Assembly: GCF_030144855.1 (NCBI RefSeq)
Contig: NC_082727.1
Coordinates: 42,656,001-42,720,000 of the forward strand
DNA length: 64,000 nt
Direction: 5' to 3'
Source of the DNA: Hypanus sabinus
Taxonomy: Eukaryota
Part shown: positions 1 to 12,925 of the stretch, one piece after another
Position numbering within the stretch: the stretch's first letter is position 1
How the letters are laid out: the number at the start of each line of letters is the position of its first letter
Position numbers and translations under genes: made by a program
The notes under the pieces: generated by a model
What the model was told of the DNA's origin: nothing
Databases searched by the model: none
Seen by the model: only the letters and a program-made list of their open reading frames with translations

Positions 1-1264
1 ACCACTCAGTATCTTTCCAAATAAATTGAGGATTTCATCAGCCCTACAACCGGACACCAACATGAATACTGGAAAACAAACAGAACAACAGCACAATATC
101 TATGTAACCCTATAGCTAGCCCATTCTGAGACTTCAGCATGAAATGGCAAAGTTTGGCATGCACAGTTAACACGCATAGAACCACATGTGTACAAATCAG
201 GAATATTTTCAATTTGGTCTGGACATGTATGTCTGTGATTTGCATTATTTTAATTTTGTTTTAAGTCAGTTGTCTTCCATTCTTGAGAGAAATTTTAACT
301 TCACTAGAAATGAAAGCCATCCAAGAATGTGTTTGCAAACTCTATATAATTATAAAGATGACGTTTGCAGTGTATGAACATAAAGTTTTCTTGCTTTTAT
401 GTCGGCCTCCCCAACCATCTATCTAGTCTGAACTCCTCCCATCGTATCAAATTGGTTATTGCCCCCCCCCATGCACTGGTCAGCGAATTTGCCCCATCCT
501 CATATTCTACTTGAGCTCATCACCACCATTGTCTCCACTGTTCAAACAGATGTAAAATCCATCAACATAACAATTTTTATACAACCCAACCAATTCCAAC
601 CATCCCTGTCCCTCAGATGCACCAGTGCCCACTGGCCATCCTGAAAATGGTCTCTCGCAGGGGGATCAGTTATCAAGGCCTTAGGTACAACCAAATATTT
701 GGTGAAAGGGCTAATGACTAACATATTTATTAGTGTCCATTAGAGTGCCCTGCAACGTCTACATAGCTTGCTTCTAAAATGTTAAAATGCATGGGAGATG
801 AAAATAATTTTAGTAAAACAATATTGAGGCCCCGGCTTGAGTGTAGTGTTCAATTCTGAATTTCCAATCAGTGAATCAAGAAATATAATAGAATGATACC
901 AAGATTAAAAGATCTTTCCTTTTTGAGGAACCACATTATCTTCTTAGAATGAAGATTAAAGGGAGTTTTTAACAGTTGCTTTTAATCATATGTAATTTTC
1001 ATGGGAACATGAAAACAATTTCCAGTGATTCAGCTATCAATAACCAGGAGACTCAGGTTTTAAGTATTGGTACAAGAACCATGCAGACTCTGGAATTTTT
1101 TTTACACACAAGTTGTGTGATCTGGAATTCTCTTCTTGAAAGCATCAGAAAGTCACAGAGTTATACAGCATAGAAACAGGTCCTTCAGCCCATCTGATCC
1201 CAACACTGAATCTGGGGACATCCCAATGGTCACAAGACTCCAGTTGGAAAATTGACCTTCAACC

Positions 1265-2960
1265 AAAGTTTAAAGTAAATTTATTAGTCAAGTACATACA
1301 AGTCACTATATACAACACTGAGATTTGTTTTCTTGCAGGCATACACAATAAATCCAAGCGTCATAAAAGAATCAATAAAATAACACACCCAACAGGGTGG
1401 ACAAACAACCAACGTGCAAATACAAAATAATAATATTAATAATTAAGCAATAAATATCAAAAACATGAGAAGAAGAGTCCTTGAAAGTAGGTTGTGGGAA
1501 CTGTTCATTGATGGGGCAAGTAAATTTGAATGAAGTTATCCCCACTGGTTCAAGAGCTTAATATTTGAGAGGTATTAACTGTTCCTGAACCTGGTAGTGT
1601 GTGGCTCCTGTAACTTCATCCTGATTACAGCAGTGAGTATGGACTAAGTGGTGGGGTTCCTTGACGATGGATGCTGCTGTCCAGTGACAACGCTCCGTCT
1701 AGACATACTCTATGGTGGGGAGGACTTTACAGTGATGGACTGGGTGTATCCACTACTTTTTTGTAAGACTTTCCATTCAAGGACATTGGTGTTTTCATAC
1801 CAGGCTGTGATGCAACCAGTTAATATACTCTCCATCACACATCTATAGAGATATTAGATGTCATGACAAATTTTCAGAAATGTCTAAGGAAGTAGAGGTG
1901 CTGCCATACTTTCTTTGTAATTACACTTATGTGCTGGCTGAAATGATAACAGCAGGGAACTTAAAGTTGCTGAACCTCGCTACATTTGATCCTTTGGTGA
2001 GCACTGGCTCATGGACCTCTAACTTTCTCCTCCTGAAGTCAATAATCACCTCCTTGATCTGCTGACATTTGCTGAGAGGTAGCTGTTGTGGCACCACTCA
2101 GCTAGATTTTCAATTTCCCTCCTATATGTTGATTTATCACCATCTTTGATTCAGCCAATAACAATAGTGTAGTCAGCAAACTTAAGTAAGGCATTGGAGC
2201 TGTTTTTAGCTACACAGTCATAATTATAAAGAGGGTACAGCAGGGGGAAAATCGCACAGTCTTGTGGTGCACCTGTGCTGATGGAGATTGTAGAGGAGAT
2301 GTTGTTGCCCGTCTGAACTGACTGAGGTCTGCAAGTAAGGAAATGGAGGATCCAAATACATAAGGAAGTATTGAGGCTAAGGTCTTGAAGCGTATTGATT
2401 AGCTTTGAGGGGATGTTAGTGTTAAATATTGAGCTGTAGTCAATAAAGAACACTTTGCTGTCCATCTATTGTCCATCTAAAATTGTCCACTAATATACTG
2501 TCCATCTAATAGCAAAGTACATATTTGCTGTCCAGGTGCTCCAGGGTTGAGTGAAAAGCCAATAAAATGGCATATGCTGTGGACCCGTTGTGCCAGTAGG
2601 CAAATTGGAGCTGATCCAAGTTGTTTCTCAGGCAGGAGTTGATATGCCTTAACACCAGCGTCTCAAGACACTTCCTCACAATGGATGTAAGTGTTACTGG
2701 ATGGTGGTCACTGAGGTAGATTACCACATTCTTCTTTGGCACCAGTATATTTGAGCCTTGCTTGAAATAGGTAGTTACATCAAACTGCCAAAGGTAGAGG
2801 TTAAAGATATCAGTGAACTGTCTAGCCAGTTGACCAACACAGGTTTTTAGCACTCGGCCAGGTGCCCCATCTGGGCCAGATGCATTCCATGGGTTCACCA
2901 TCATGAAGGATGCTCTCATTTTAACATCAGAGACTGAAATCACAGAGTCATAAGGGGCTG
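1265..2960 (-). mobile_element. Decayed Rex1/Babar-type LINE (RT and 3' tail)
   Basis: ORF remnants ASGPDGAPGRVLK, PVTLTSIVRKCLE, LDQLQFAY, GAPQ and KFADY are RT motifs. Confidence 0.85.
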
Positions 2961-2974
2961 TGGGAGGTTACCCT

Positions 2975-3265
2975 CTGCTTCCGATCATCAAACCACTTAT
3001 GAATCCAGCTCACTTCTCCTGAATCTTCCAGATCAGCCTGCCATGCGGTACCTCGTCAAAGGCTTCACTAATGTCCATTTAGACAAGATCCACTGTCCTA
3101 CTTTCATCTATCCACTTAGTTACCTCTTTCAAAATCTCCAAAGGATTCATTAGACATAACCTCACACACACACAAGCGGCGCTAACTATTCCTATCAGGC
3201 CTTGACTATCCAAGTGATGGCAGATCTTATCCCTCAAATACCTTCCAGTTACTTTCATATAAGCA
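2975..3265 (-). mobile_element. CR1-type LINE fragment
   Basis: Remnant peptide CLMNPLEILKEVTKWIDESRTVDLV resembles the CR1 RT SCLTNL..F...V.....G..VD segment. Confidence 0.7.
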
Positions 3266-3419
3266 AAATCATATAAGGGTGATGGAGAGAAGTAGAGAAA
3301 TAACATTCAAAACAGAACTAAATAAATATTTGAAGAGGCAAAAAGAATAATGCAAGTCTCTGATGAGGGCCAGGAGAGTGGAAAAAAACTGGATGGCTCA
3401 CACAAAAGGCCATGAATTA

Positions 3420-3750
3420 TAACAAGTTACAGCAAATAATCAGACTCTTCAGCCCACTGAGCCAGTGTTGACCATCAGCTACCCATTTGCACTTATCCTA
3501 CATTAATTCCAAATGTTTACCTCAGATCACAATCAACTCTCTCAGATCCTAGCATCCACCTACACACTAGAGGCAATTTATAAGGGGCAACTAGCCTACC
3601 AACTTAACCACCTTGAGGATGTGTGAGAAGACTGGAGCATGCAGAGGAATCCCACATCATTACATACAAACTCCACACAAATAGCATTCAGATTTGAACC
3701 TAGATCTCTAGCGGTGTAAAATTGCATCTTACTTAGCTGCACCACTGTGC
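3420..3750 (-). mobile_element. V-SINE/HE1-like SINE remnant
   Basis: Reverse-complement similarity to the SINE core seen at 55380-55560 and 36170-36330. Confidence 0.5.
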
Positions 3751-5119
3751 ACTTTGGATAGTCTGGACTCCGCAGTAAGTTCAACAGTGAAGCATATTAA
3801 AATATAGGCTGTGAATATTTGTTGATTCATATTAGGATTTCTAATTTTGACCATGCCAGTTAGGAAATTCTTCAACTCCTGTCATCTATTACAAAATCTG
3901 GGCCAATGAATGTCAAACATAATTTAAGTGTGTGATGCATTGATCTGCTGTCCTTGTATTCTTCATGTGCTGTTGCTTAAGGAATACTGCTCAACCTTTC
4001 TTTTAACAATGATCACAGCCAATACAACTCTTTCATTTGAGATACCATCACAGTTTTTTATAAAGATTTATTACATCAGAGCTTCCAGCTATTTCAAGTT
4101 CTATTAATCACCATTGGCATCTGTGTCATCATGGTACAAAAAAGGTCTTAACTTTGTGGCAGTAATCTCACCTCTTGAACAGTTGTGGGACAATACTCTT
4201 TTTGATTAATTACATGGGCTTGGCCATGCAAGATTTTTTGTACAGAGTTTGCAGATGAGTGAGGGCTAGAGTAACAAACAGTGTCATTTCAAAGAAGTAT
4301 ACTTGGGTCGGTCAAATTGGGGGGGATTATTGGAAATGTGTGGAGAATTAAAAATAGGATTGCCTGAGGATAAACATAAGTGTATGGTTGTTGGGATGTG
4401 GTGAGTTGAAAAGCCTGCTTCCACATTCTGCAACTCTATGTTTCAAAGGTCTTTCATTTTTGATCATATAAACTGATTGACAAGATGAATAGACATAAAA
4501 TCTGTGAAATTTGAAGAGGAAAAGGATGAGTTCTCCTGTGTTTGCAGTTAAAATGAGTACTGGCTATCTAAATTAATGGTATAAATTTAAATCACATGAA
4601 GAAACTTGTGGATACAAGATGTTCGCAAAGTTCAGAAAGATGATATATTTGATGGAGACTTACTAATTCTTAAGCAGATCTGATATAAAAACTAATGAAA
4701 AACTGTTTCCGGTTAAAGAAAAAATGGGACCCAAAAGACAGTGATCTAGGAAAAGAAGCAGAGATAATAAAATAAAAAGTTTTTGCATAGTGAACTGCAA
4801 AGTGAAACGTGTTGAGTGGAATTTGAAAATTATTAAAAAGGAAAAAAAGTGGTGAACAATGGGATTATATGCTATAGATTAGAACCAATAATATGCCTAT
4901 AGTCTAGAAAACTCCCCCTGTGCTGTACATTCCATACTATTCTAACTCCAATATTCACCTGTGGATCCCCTGCCTTTGCCTTTTCATTGGCTTCTGCTAA
5001 CAGCTGAAATTTTCTGCACAGCATTCTCTTAGAAATAACCTTTTCATTACAATAATTTCTACTTACACAGTACATAACATCACATAGTACTTTATACAAG
5101 TGTTATCAAGCAAAAACAA

Positions 5120-6060
5120 TGCTGGAGATGCAAGATTATGTAAATGCTGGAATCTGGAGCAAAAAAAACCAAACTGCTAGAAGAACTCACAAGTCAGGAA
5201 GCATCTGTGGAAGGCTATACAGTTAATATTTTAGGCTGCATCATCATCTGAGATGAGGGTGGGGAGGGAGGGCTACTGCACAGGAATTAAGTAAGCTGTA
5301 GAGAGTGTAAAATAAGCCATATCCATCATGGGCACTAGCCTCTATAGCATCCAGGTCATCTTCAAGGAGCGGTGCCTCGGAAAGGTAGCATCCATCATTC
5401 AGGACCCCCACCACCCAGTATGCGCCCTCTTCTCACTGCTACCACCAGCAAGGAGGTACAGAAGCCTGAAGGCACACACTCAATGATTCAAGCACAGCTT
5501 CTTCCCTTCTGCCATCCAATTTCTGAATGGGCATTAAACCCAAGAACACTACTTTTTTAATATTTCTTTTTTCTCACTGCTTATTTTAATCTATTTACTA
5601 CGTATATATTTACTGCAATTCGCTGTTTTCATTTTCTCTCTATTATCCTGTACTGCACTGTAGTGCTGCCGCAAAGTTAACAAATTTTGTGACATATGCT
5701 GATGATATTAAACCTGATTCTGATTCATAAGGATTGAAAGATAGAAAGGAAATAACCAGTTTAAAGTGGCAATGACAAGGGATGGAGCCAGATATGGCAA
5801 GCAATAGGTGATCCAGGTTTGGAGGAGTGATAGGCAGATGGAGGAGGGAAGCGCAGAAATAGTGATAGAAGCCAAGAGGTGATAGGCGGTGCAACAAAGG
5901 ATTGCAAATGCTGGAATCTGATAGGAAATGAAGGAGCATGGAACCAAATAAAAGAGGTAGAGTGGGCAGATGGGAATATTAAGGGGAAGGTACCTAGTGG
6001 GAGGAGTATCTGATTAGAGGAAGAAAAGGAGGAAAGAAACAGTGTGATAGATGGCTGGGG
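5120..6060. mobile_element. Penelope remnant interrupted by a Rex-type LINE 3' end (5290-5730)
   Basis: atgctggaatctggagc...gaactc..caggaagcatc Penelope terminal motif. The Rex tail with (attctg)n end is similar to 18400-18800. Confidence 0.65.
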
Positions 6061-6109
6061 TCTGTGGAGTTATGACCCGTTATAACCCGTGAATTATGTA
6101 GAAGGAACT

Positions 6110-7010
6110 GCGTAGATAAATAGAGAAAAGTAGATGCCTCATCAGATGGAGGGATTTAGGTGTTCTTGTGTGTTCATTGTAAAAGGTTAACAACTGTATT
6201 TCTATTTTATATTGACTGTCCTGTTGTACAAACTATTTATTATAAATTACTATAAATTGCACATTGCACATTTAGACGGAGACGTAATGTAAAAATTTTT
6301 ACTCCTCATGTATATGAAGGACTTAAGAAATAAAGTCAATTCAATTCAATTCAACAATTGGTTAGAAAAAAACCAAACAGCATGTTGACCTTTGTCCCAA
6401 ATGGGTTGGAGTTTAGTAATTGAGAAATATTATTACAAATGTACTGTACATGGTACTGTGGAGGCTATGCCTAAAATATTGTGTGCAGTTTTAGTCATCT
6501 TATTTAAGATATTAAATACTGGCTTTGGAGGCAGTACAAAATGGATTTACCAGGTTAGTTCCCAAGCTGAGAGATTTGTCCTATCATGAGTGGCTAAAGA
6601 TATTGGACATATATTCATTCTTTGGAGTTTAGAAGAATTAGAGGTGATCTTTCTGAAATAGTGTGTTTAGGACTCTTGGGGGTAAGGCAAAAATAAATGT
6701 TGAGTTTCTTTTACAAATAGAGAATCTCAAAGAGATACTTCTACAAAATTAGGGGCTGTCTTTAAAACTGAGGGTCATAGGGTATTTCTCACAGAAGGTG
6801 GTAAATTATCGACCCCAGAAGGAAATAGTAGCCAGATTACTGGGGGTACTTAAAGGATAAGTAGGCAAGTTTTTGGATCAGAGAACTGAAGATCAGGGGA
6901 ACTGACAGAGCAAGGTTGATGGCCTGGGTCAGATCAGCCATGTTCATGTTGAATGGCAGGGCAGGCTTGAAGGCCTGAGTAGTCTACTCCTTCTCCTCTT
7001 CTCTTACTTT
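6110..7010 (+). mobile_element. Decayed CR1 3' end with nested Rex tail (~6185-6355)
   Basis: Similarity to the CR1 3' regions at 28550-29250; (tcaat)n tail at ~6335-6355. Confidence 0.6.
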
Positions 7011-7074
7011 TTAAATTCAAGAGTGGCCTGAGGACTCTGAGATGTCCTGAAGATCAGACCCCAGTGCACCTGCT

Positions 7075-8500
7075 TATTTTCTATCAAAATAAACATTATT
7101 CATAATAAAAATATTAAACCATGCAATGATTTTTCATTCTTTACATTCATAGTCAATGCTTTCAGTACTGGCCTAGTTCATTGCTACACATCATAGCTAT
7201 GCAGACACACATATGGCCCTCTGGGGTAGTATACCACAATAATTGAGGGGCTTCTTCACCCAACCTGGACACTTTCTCTCCAGTAGCAGAAGAAACCTAT
7301 GCCATGGTCATTCCCTACTGAGCCCTTGCGATGGCTGCACCAAGCTTCAGTGCGTCCCTCTACATGTACTGCTGTAGCCTAGAATGTATCAGTCAGCAGC
7401 ATTCCTCCACTGACATCTCAACGTGCTGGTAGACCAACAAGTTTTGAGCAAACCAAAGAGTGGCTTTCACCAAGTTGATGATCTACCAGCAGCACTTGAT
7501 GTTCATCTCCCTGTATGCTTCTGGAAACAGATCATTGATCAAGGAGTCCTCTATCATGCAGCTGCTCAGATGAACCATGCCACAAGCTCTTGCATCTTTC
7601 ACTGCACCCTCTTTGCAAACCCACAGCCTATAAAGAGGTCAGCTACTATCTCTTCCCCACTACAATCATCCCACAGGCAGCGCATGGTGGGAGTGATGCT
7701 GTAGGCATGCAGGAAGGATCTGATTGGGAGAGCCCCTCTCACCTCCAGCCAGACAAGATCTTGATGCCTGGCAATGAGGCACTCTTCCAAGTGGTCCGGA
7801 AAGTCTGCTCAGGGAACCACCCCACTATCTCCATTGAGTCCTTCTCCTGTAGTGTCTGCAGGACATTCTGGGCTGACCACTCCCTTATGGCCTTTTCGTC
7901 AAAGATATTAGTCTGGATGAATTTTTCCATAAACAACTGGTAGTACGGCAACATGACTGGGATGTTGCAAGGCAATGGGGCCAGACACATCCTTCACAAC
8001 TCTGGCAACAGTTAGAGCCTCAGCACATAGTGGTACTTGGTGGCCACGTATTTAGGTTTCACAAGCAGCCTGAAGCAGCCAGACATGTAGGTGGTCATTA
8101 GGGTGAGAGTGACATTGGGTATGTTTTTGCCCCCTTTATCCAGGGACTTGTGCATTGTTATTCATTTGACCCAATCCACCTTAGGTACCCCACAACTGAA
8201 GACAACTTAGGTGATTCCCAAACTGGAGAAGCAGGGGATGGACCATACATGCAGCAGGTACAGCTGCCCTGAGAGCATCTCATACCTGATGACCAGGTTC
8301 TTCCTGGTAATCTATAAGAACGTCCCTCCCCATTCCCATATTCTCCTTTACCTTTCCCAATTCCAGTGCATCTGTTGGCTCCACCAGTATACTCAGCAAT
8401 GACTCCAGCTGTGTGGTTGTGCATGGCAAGGAGCTTCCCAATCACCTCTCATCCTTCCTTCAGTATGGCCAGAGTGAGCTAACCTACAAACGAACCATAG
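7075..8500 (-). mobile_element. Decayed Tx1/L1-clade LINE 3' region
   Basis: Remnant peptides HQDLVWLEVRGALPIRSFL, C..DDC..EE...DLF..C.FA (C-terminal zinc knuckle) and YLRWIG; A-rich 3' end near 7080-7120. Confidence 0.7.
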
Positions 8501-8755
8501 ACCAGTGACACCATAGAAAAGGCATATACATTTCTTATTTTACTGTAGTTGCAATTTAAATTAAATCTACTTTAATTATTTGACCATTTAAAATCTCTTT
8601 ATTAGAAACATTTTTAAAGATATTTCAAAAAGCCTTTTACAATGGGTGACCTATCAAAGGCAGTCAGGGTATTTTGGAAAGAGACCTCATGATACTCTTA
8701 TAGTAGCTCTACCTCATCTGACATCAAGGGTTATTTCATCCATTTTTCTGCATCA

Positions 8756-9615
8756 GGAAATACAAGAAACGTGGGAACTCAGGACAGCAAACAAGTCTAA
8801 GTCGTCGGCCAGGTTCAACTTGAAATCGTCTCTCGATTTTAAACTAGCAGTTACAATGAAGTTATGCTTTGTGTAGTTAACACCTTACAAAGTGATTTAG
8901 TAATCATGTAATTTCAATTGCACCATTACAAAAACAGATCACTCCATCACTTCTAAACTGAGAAATTGTTGCCAAAATGCATAAATAATTTTTCAGCAAG
9001 TGAGATATGTCATGCTTGGGCTAGTAGTTAAGTCTGACTTAACAGTTTACAGGGGATTCTCTGATCCATGGGCCTTTCACTGATACACAGTGAGATGGAA
9101 ACACGTGCTGCTGGAAGGGAAAGATGCACTTTGGTCTTCTGAAAGCTGCTGCTGTCCAGTGCATTCCTGGGTCCTGGCCCCTCAAACACTTTATGGGTGT
9201 GTTGAAGAGGCATTGTGAATGGCATTAGTACTGACTTGATAACACTGTGATATAGATTTGACAGTTCTATAAATGTAAAGATAATCATATATGTTTTATA
9301 GTTTAATTTTGAGATGAAGTTAAATACATAAATATAAAGAACATTATATAAAGGAATGAATACATTCAGGATTGTTTATTGTCATTTCTCAGTACACCAG
9401 TGGAAGTACACAAGTTTAGAAGTGATGGAGTGATCTGTTTTTGTAACTGTGCAATTAAAATGACATGATTACTAAATCATTTGTAATGTGTTAACTGCAC
9501 AATGAATGTCTTCATTGTAACTGCTAACTTAAAGTCACAAGACCATTTCAAGATGAACCTGGCAAGCTACCTAGACGTGTTTGCTGTCCTGGCTGCACAC
9601 ATTTCTTGTATTTCC
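8756..9615. repeat. Long imperfect inverted repeat (arms 8756-8959 and 9413-9615)
   Basis: For example ttacaaaaacagatcactccatcacttctaaact (left arm) is the exact reverse complement of agtttagaagtgatggagtgatctgtttttgtaa (right arm). Similarity continues over ~200 bp. Confidence 0.92.
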
Positions 9616-10019
9616 CAAAAACGATTGTTACTCTGGTTCCGATGCAGCAAGTAAAACCACAAAAAGTACAAAGAAGACGATAATTTAAAATACCTCCTAC
9701 ACATAAGCCGATTGCGTTTATATAAAGTAACGCTAGGTACGGAGTTATCTATGTATAAGGTGACTCTGACAAGAAATGATAATGGATTGGGGAGGGGTGG
9801 CCCCAGTTACCAATTTAAAACGATAATATAGTTTAGCAGGATACATTTGCTTGCACGATTGACGCAAATTGGATGAGAACTGTAAATGCCTCCAACAGCA
9901 CATTATCGAACTGAAGCCAGTACACCAGCATACTTAATACTCTGACACCAGAGTCAATTACGCTCACTGATGCATCACTTTCATCCAAGATAAAAGACCA
10001 GTGAATGGTTTGGGGGAGA

Positions 10020-10483
10020 GCGATGACAGGTGTCTGCATATTAAATGAAGTTAACTGATGCAAATATGCTACATCGAACATCTTGATGTCATTTACCAAT
10101 CGCCTCAGCCCATTTGAATCCTGAGTGTCGTTTAGTCTACTGCTGTAGATGGCTTTGTCAGATAATGTTGCCGTTTATCATGACGTGGTTGGATCCACCT
10201 ATTGGCAAGGACGCAGTATTTACTCTGAAGTTAATTCATTACTACACTTATCGTTGTATTGATAATGTTATTTTATTTCTAGTTGAACTTGGCGCCACAT
10301 CCCGATATCCTCCATTTATCACGTCTTATATTCATGTCTCTTTTGTCGGGGCCGATGAGTCAAGCACTTGTTTATTGGAATCCTTGCTTTGATGTCCGAG
10401 CACATTTACTCATCAATGTGAGGAAATGTCCCATAAATACCCGGGCATTCGAAAGGAGCGCTTCTTCTTTTTTTGTTCTGAAG
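10020..10483 (+). promoter_or_regulatory. Ventx gene A proximal promoter
   Basis: TATA-like CATAAAT at 10432, TCF/LEF CTTTGAT at 10387, BRE7 TGGCGCC at 10290, octamer ATGCAAAT at 10058, several GATA (WGATAA) sites; CpG-enriched. Confidence 0.65.
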
Positions 10484-10721
10484 ATGCTGGAAGCTGCATT
10501 TTCAGTGGAGTGGCTTGCTCAGAGTAGTCAGAACAGCAAAAAAAGTCGGGATGAGTATGGCCAAGTGTTTCGAAGTGGACATGCGGCGAGATATGGTGAT
10601 TTCTGCGCGACTGAGAGGTCACACGGGGAAGTCACAGCGAGATCTACTATAGGAAGCGGTAGGTCACTAGCCACTAATAACCAGGGGACCAAAACCCAGC
10701 AGCGATCTCTGGCAATACGAG
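10484..10721 (+). CDS. ventx: Vent/Vox (Ventx) homeobox gene A, coding exon 1 of 3
   Basis: ATG at 10484 starts MLEAAFSVEWLAQSS, the eh1-like FS(V/I)(E/D)WLxxS N-terminal motif typical of Vent/Vox/Ved proteins. Strong donor CGAG|GTAAGT at 10722; exon is 238 nt, phase 1. Confidence 0.88.
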
Positions 10722-10934
10722 GTAAGTGAATATGGGGACGGCATAAAATACCTTATTTTTCCAGGTTTAAAAAAAAAGTCTGTTCATTTTTCGAAACGAA
10801 TTGCCCTGCTCAATACTATGCGTAGTTATCCCTTCTCAGTTACTAAGGGAGTATTCTAATTGGCAGGATGGGCTACGCGATTTAGTTGCGTTTGTTCATT
10901 TCGTTGCAGCTGATTTCAAGGGTGCATAACTTTT

Positions 10935-11300
10935 TCAATCTCGGGTTTAGTATCACAGGCATATGTCGTGAAATTTGTTTTGCGGCAGTAGTACATTGCA
11001 TACGCAGTAACGTGAACTACGATAAATATTTTTTTTAAGTAAAAAGGAAAAATACTGAGCCAGCGTTCGCTGTCCATTCAGAAATCTGATGGGGGCGGGG
11101 GAGCGAAGCTGTTGTTGAAACGTGGAGTGCGTGTCTTCAGGCTCCGGGTATGCCTTGGGTGCTAGGGGTCTTTAATTATTGATACCGCCTATTTGAGGCA
11201 TCGCCTTTTGAAGGTGTCCTGGATGCTGGGGAGGCTAGTGCCCGTGAAGGAGCTGGCTGAGTTTACAACTTTCTGCGCTTCTTCCCGATCCGGTGCAGAG
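10935..11300 (-). mobile_element. Rex-type LINE 3' end in gene A intron 1
   Basis: Reverse strand encodes AQKVVNSASSFTGTSLPSIQDTFKRRCLK, homologous to the copies at 5290-5720 and 18400-18800. Confidence 0.8.
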
Positions 11301-11367
11301 TCCCGACTACAAGCGCCAGGCTGCGAGTGGGTCCTGTAAGTAGTGTCTCTGTGTTTGTGTCCGGCAG

Positions 11368-11576
11368 CTCGGGCCGCCTGCAACAGCAGCAGCGCCTCAG
11401 GAGGCGCGGACACCGAGTCCTCCGGGAGCGGCGAGTGGGCGGACCGCCGGCGCCTTCGGACCATCTTCACCGCGGAGCAAGTGCGCATGCTCGAGTCTAG
11501 TTTCGAGCGTCAGCAGTATCCGGGCACCTTTGTGAGGAGGAGCCTAGCAGGGGAGCTCCGCCTATCAGAGACGCAG
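11368..11576 (+). CDS. ventx: Ventx gene A, coding exon 2 (Ser/acidic linker plus homeodomain residues 1-44)
   Basis: Acceptor gtgtttgtgtccggcag|CT is phase-compatible with exon 1. Encodes RRRLRTIFTAEQVRMLESSFERQQYPGTFVRRSLAGELRLSETQ. Donor CAG|GTGAGT at 11577, the NK-class intron position between homeodomain codons 44 and 45. Confidence 0.92.
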
Positions 11577-11769
11577 GTGAGTCCGGGGCTCTTGTTCCCC
11601 CAGTCTGTGCTGCCGCCTTGCCCGTCCGGTCCCGGCATTGCAGGCTCGGTCATTTCTTGCAATTACGATGCAGAAATGTTAGTCTTGAGGGACAATCATT
11701 TCACTGCATTACATGACCAGTTTTAACACGTTTGGGAAATATTGTGCAGGTATCCAGGAAAACGAACAA

Positions 11770-12160
11770 AAAAAACAAACGGTGAAATTCTGCAGATGCT
11801 GGAAATCTAGAGCAACACACAAAATGCGGGAGGAACTGAGCAAGTCGGGCAGCATCTATGACCCCAGAATTGGAAAGAAAGGGGCAGCCAGAATAAGGTG
11901 GTGAGGATGGGGGCAAATGGTAAGAAATGCAAGATAGCAGATGAAACTAGGTGAGATGAAGGTGGGTGGGGAAGAGAGACGAAATGAGAAGCCTGGAGAT
12001 GAGTGAGTACATATACTTCCTTGATACCTGCACAAAAGATTCTGTAGGTGCTGGATATCTTGGGAGAAATGCACACAAAATGTTGGAGGAACTCTGCATT
12101 CTATTGCATAGTTCGTCCAGCATTCTGTGTTTCCAAGATTTCTAGCAACTGCAGAATCTG
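11770..12160. mobile_element. Penelope terminal-repeat fragments in both orientations
   Basis: ctgcagatgctggaaatctagagcaacacacaaaatgc motif plus inverted copies. Confidence 0.65.
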
Positions 12161-12389
12161 GTGCGGGTATTCTGGAAGCGCATATTCTGCTGCCTGGATG
12201 AATTGCTTATTGAAAGGATGGGACAGTGCTGTGAAGTTGTGCAGGAGAGGAATCGTGTAGTGCGTTGAAGAGCTTTTACTCATTGTTGATCGTACCCTTT
12301 AAAAGAATGGGATAAATGGGTAAGCTTTTCTTCAAGGACAAAAACTGAATGCCACTCATACAGAGTATTGATGATTCATAAATTTTAAA

Positions 12390-12925
12390 TATAGTTGATT
12401 CCTGTTAATTGGGACCAATACATTTTGGCCCAATTAAGCAGCTACCCAATTAGCTGAAATTTCATAGAAATAGTTAAAGGTATTTTTTTAAAGACAGCAA
12501 GTTATGTCTTTAAATGAACTACAGAACAAATTAGAACATGAACAATGCTGTGACAACTATAAAACCATATTAGTTGCTAATAGTTGTCTTTGGATGAGTA
12601 CATCAATGAATAAAGTCAGCACAGACAAGTAGTCACTCTGGCCGTTTCTGGCATCTCCACGCCTGAATGGTTAAACTGCAAGTGAGCAAAACAGTTCAGA
12701 TCTGTCTTAATGCTTATTTCTTGCCAACTATTGGTTACAAAAATCACTGCTTTTGAACACAAAAGCTGATAACTGGCGCAGTTTTTAAAAACTGCTTGCT
12801 CTAGGCAAGGTGTTGTGTTTAATGGCCGTACAAGTGCACTCAACTGATGCTAGTTTAAAAACTGTTCAGCAGCATTCTCCTGCCCCAATTAGGTGGTGCA
12901 ATCAAATGACGGGAATCCCAGCCAT
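12390..12925. mobile_element. Probable non-autonomous DNA transposon (Tigger/MITE-like) in gene A intron 2
   Basis: Degenerate inverted ends (gattcctgttaattggg ... gacgggaatc) with repeated ccaatta/taattgg subterminal motifs. Confidence 0.45.

Noticed and set aside
10283-10483. N-terminal extension of gene A suggested by the ORF track
   Set aside because: It starts at a non-ATG codon and lies upstream of the TATA-like box. Vent proteins begin a few residues before FSVEWL.
11189-11488. Antisense ORFs over the Vent exons (also 31358-31741 and 31917-32220)
   Set aside because: Shadow ORFs of GC-rich coding sequence, partly running into a LINE remnant, with no independent support.
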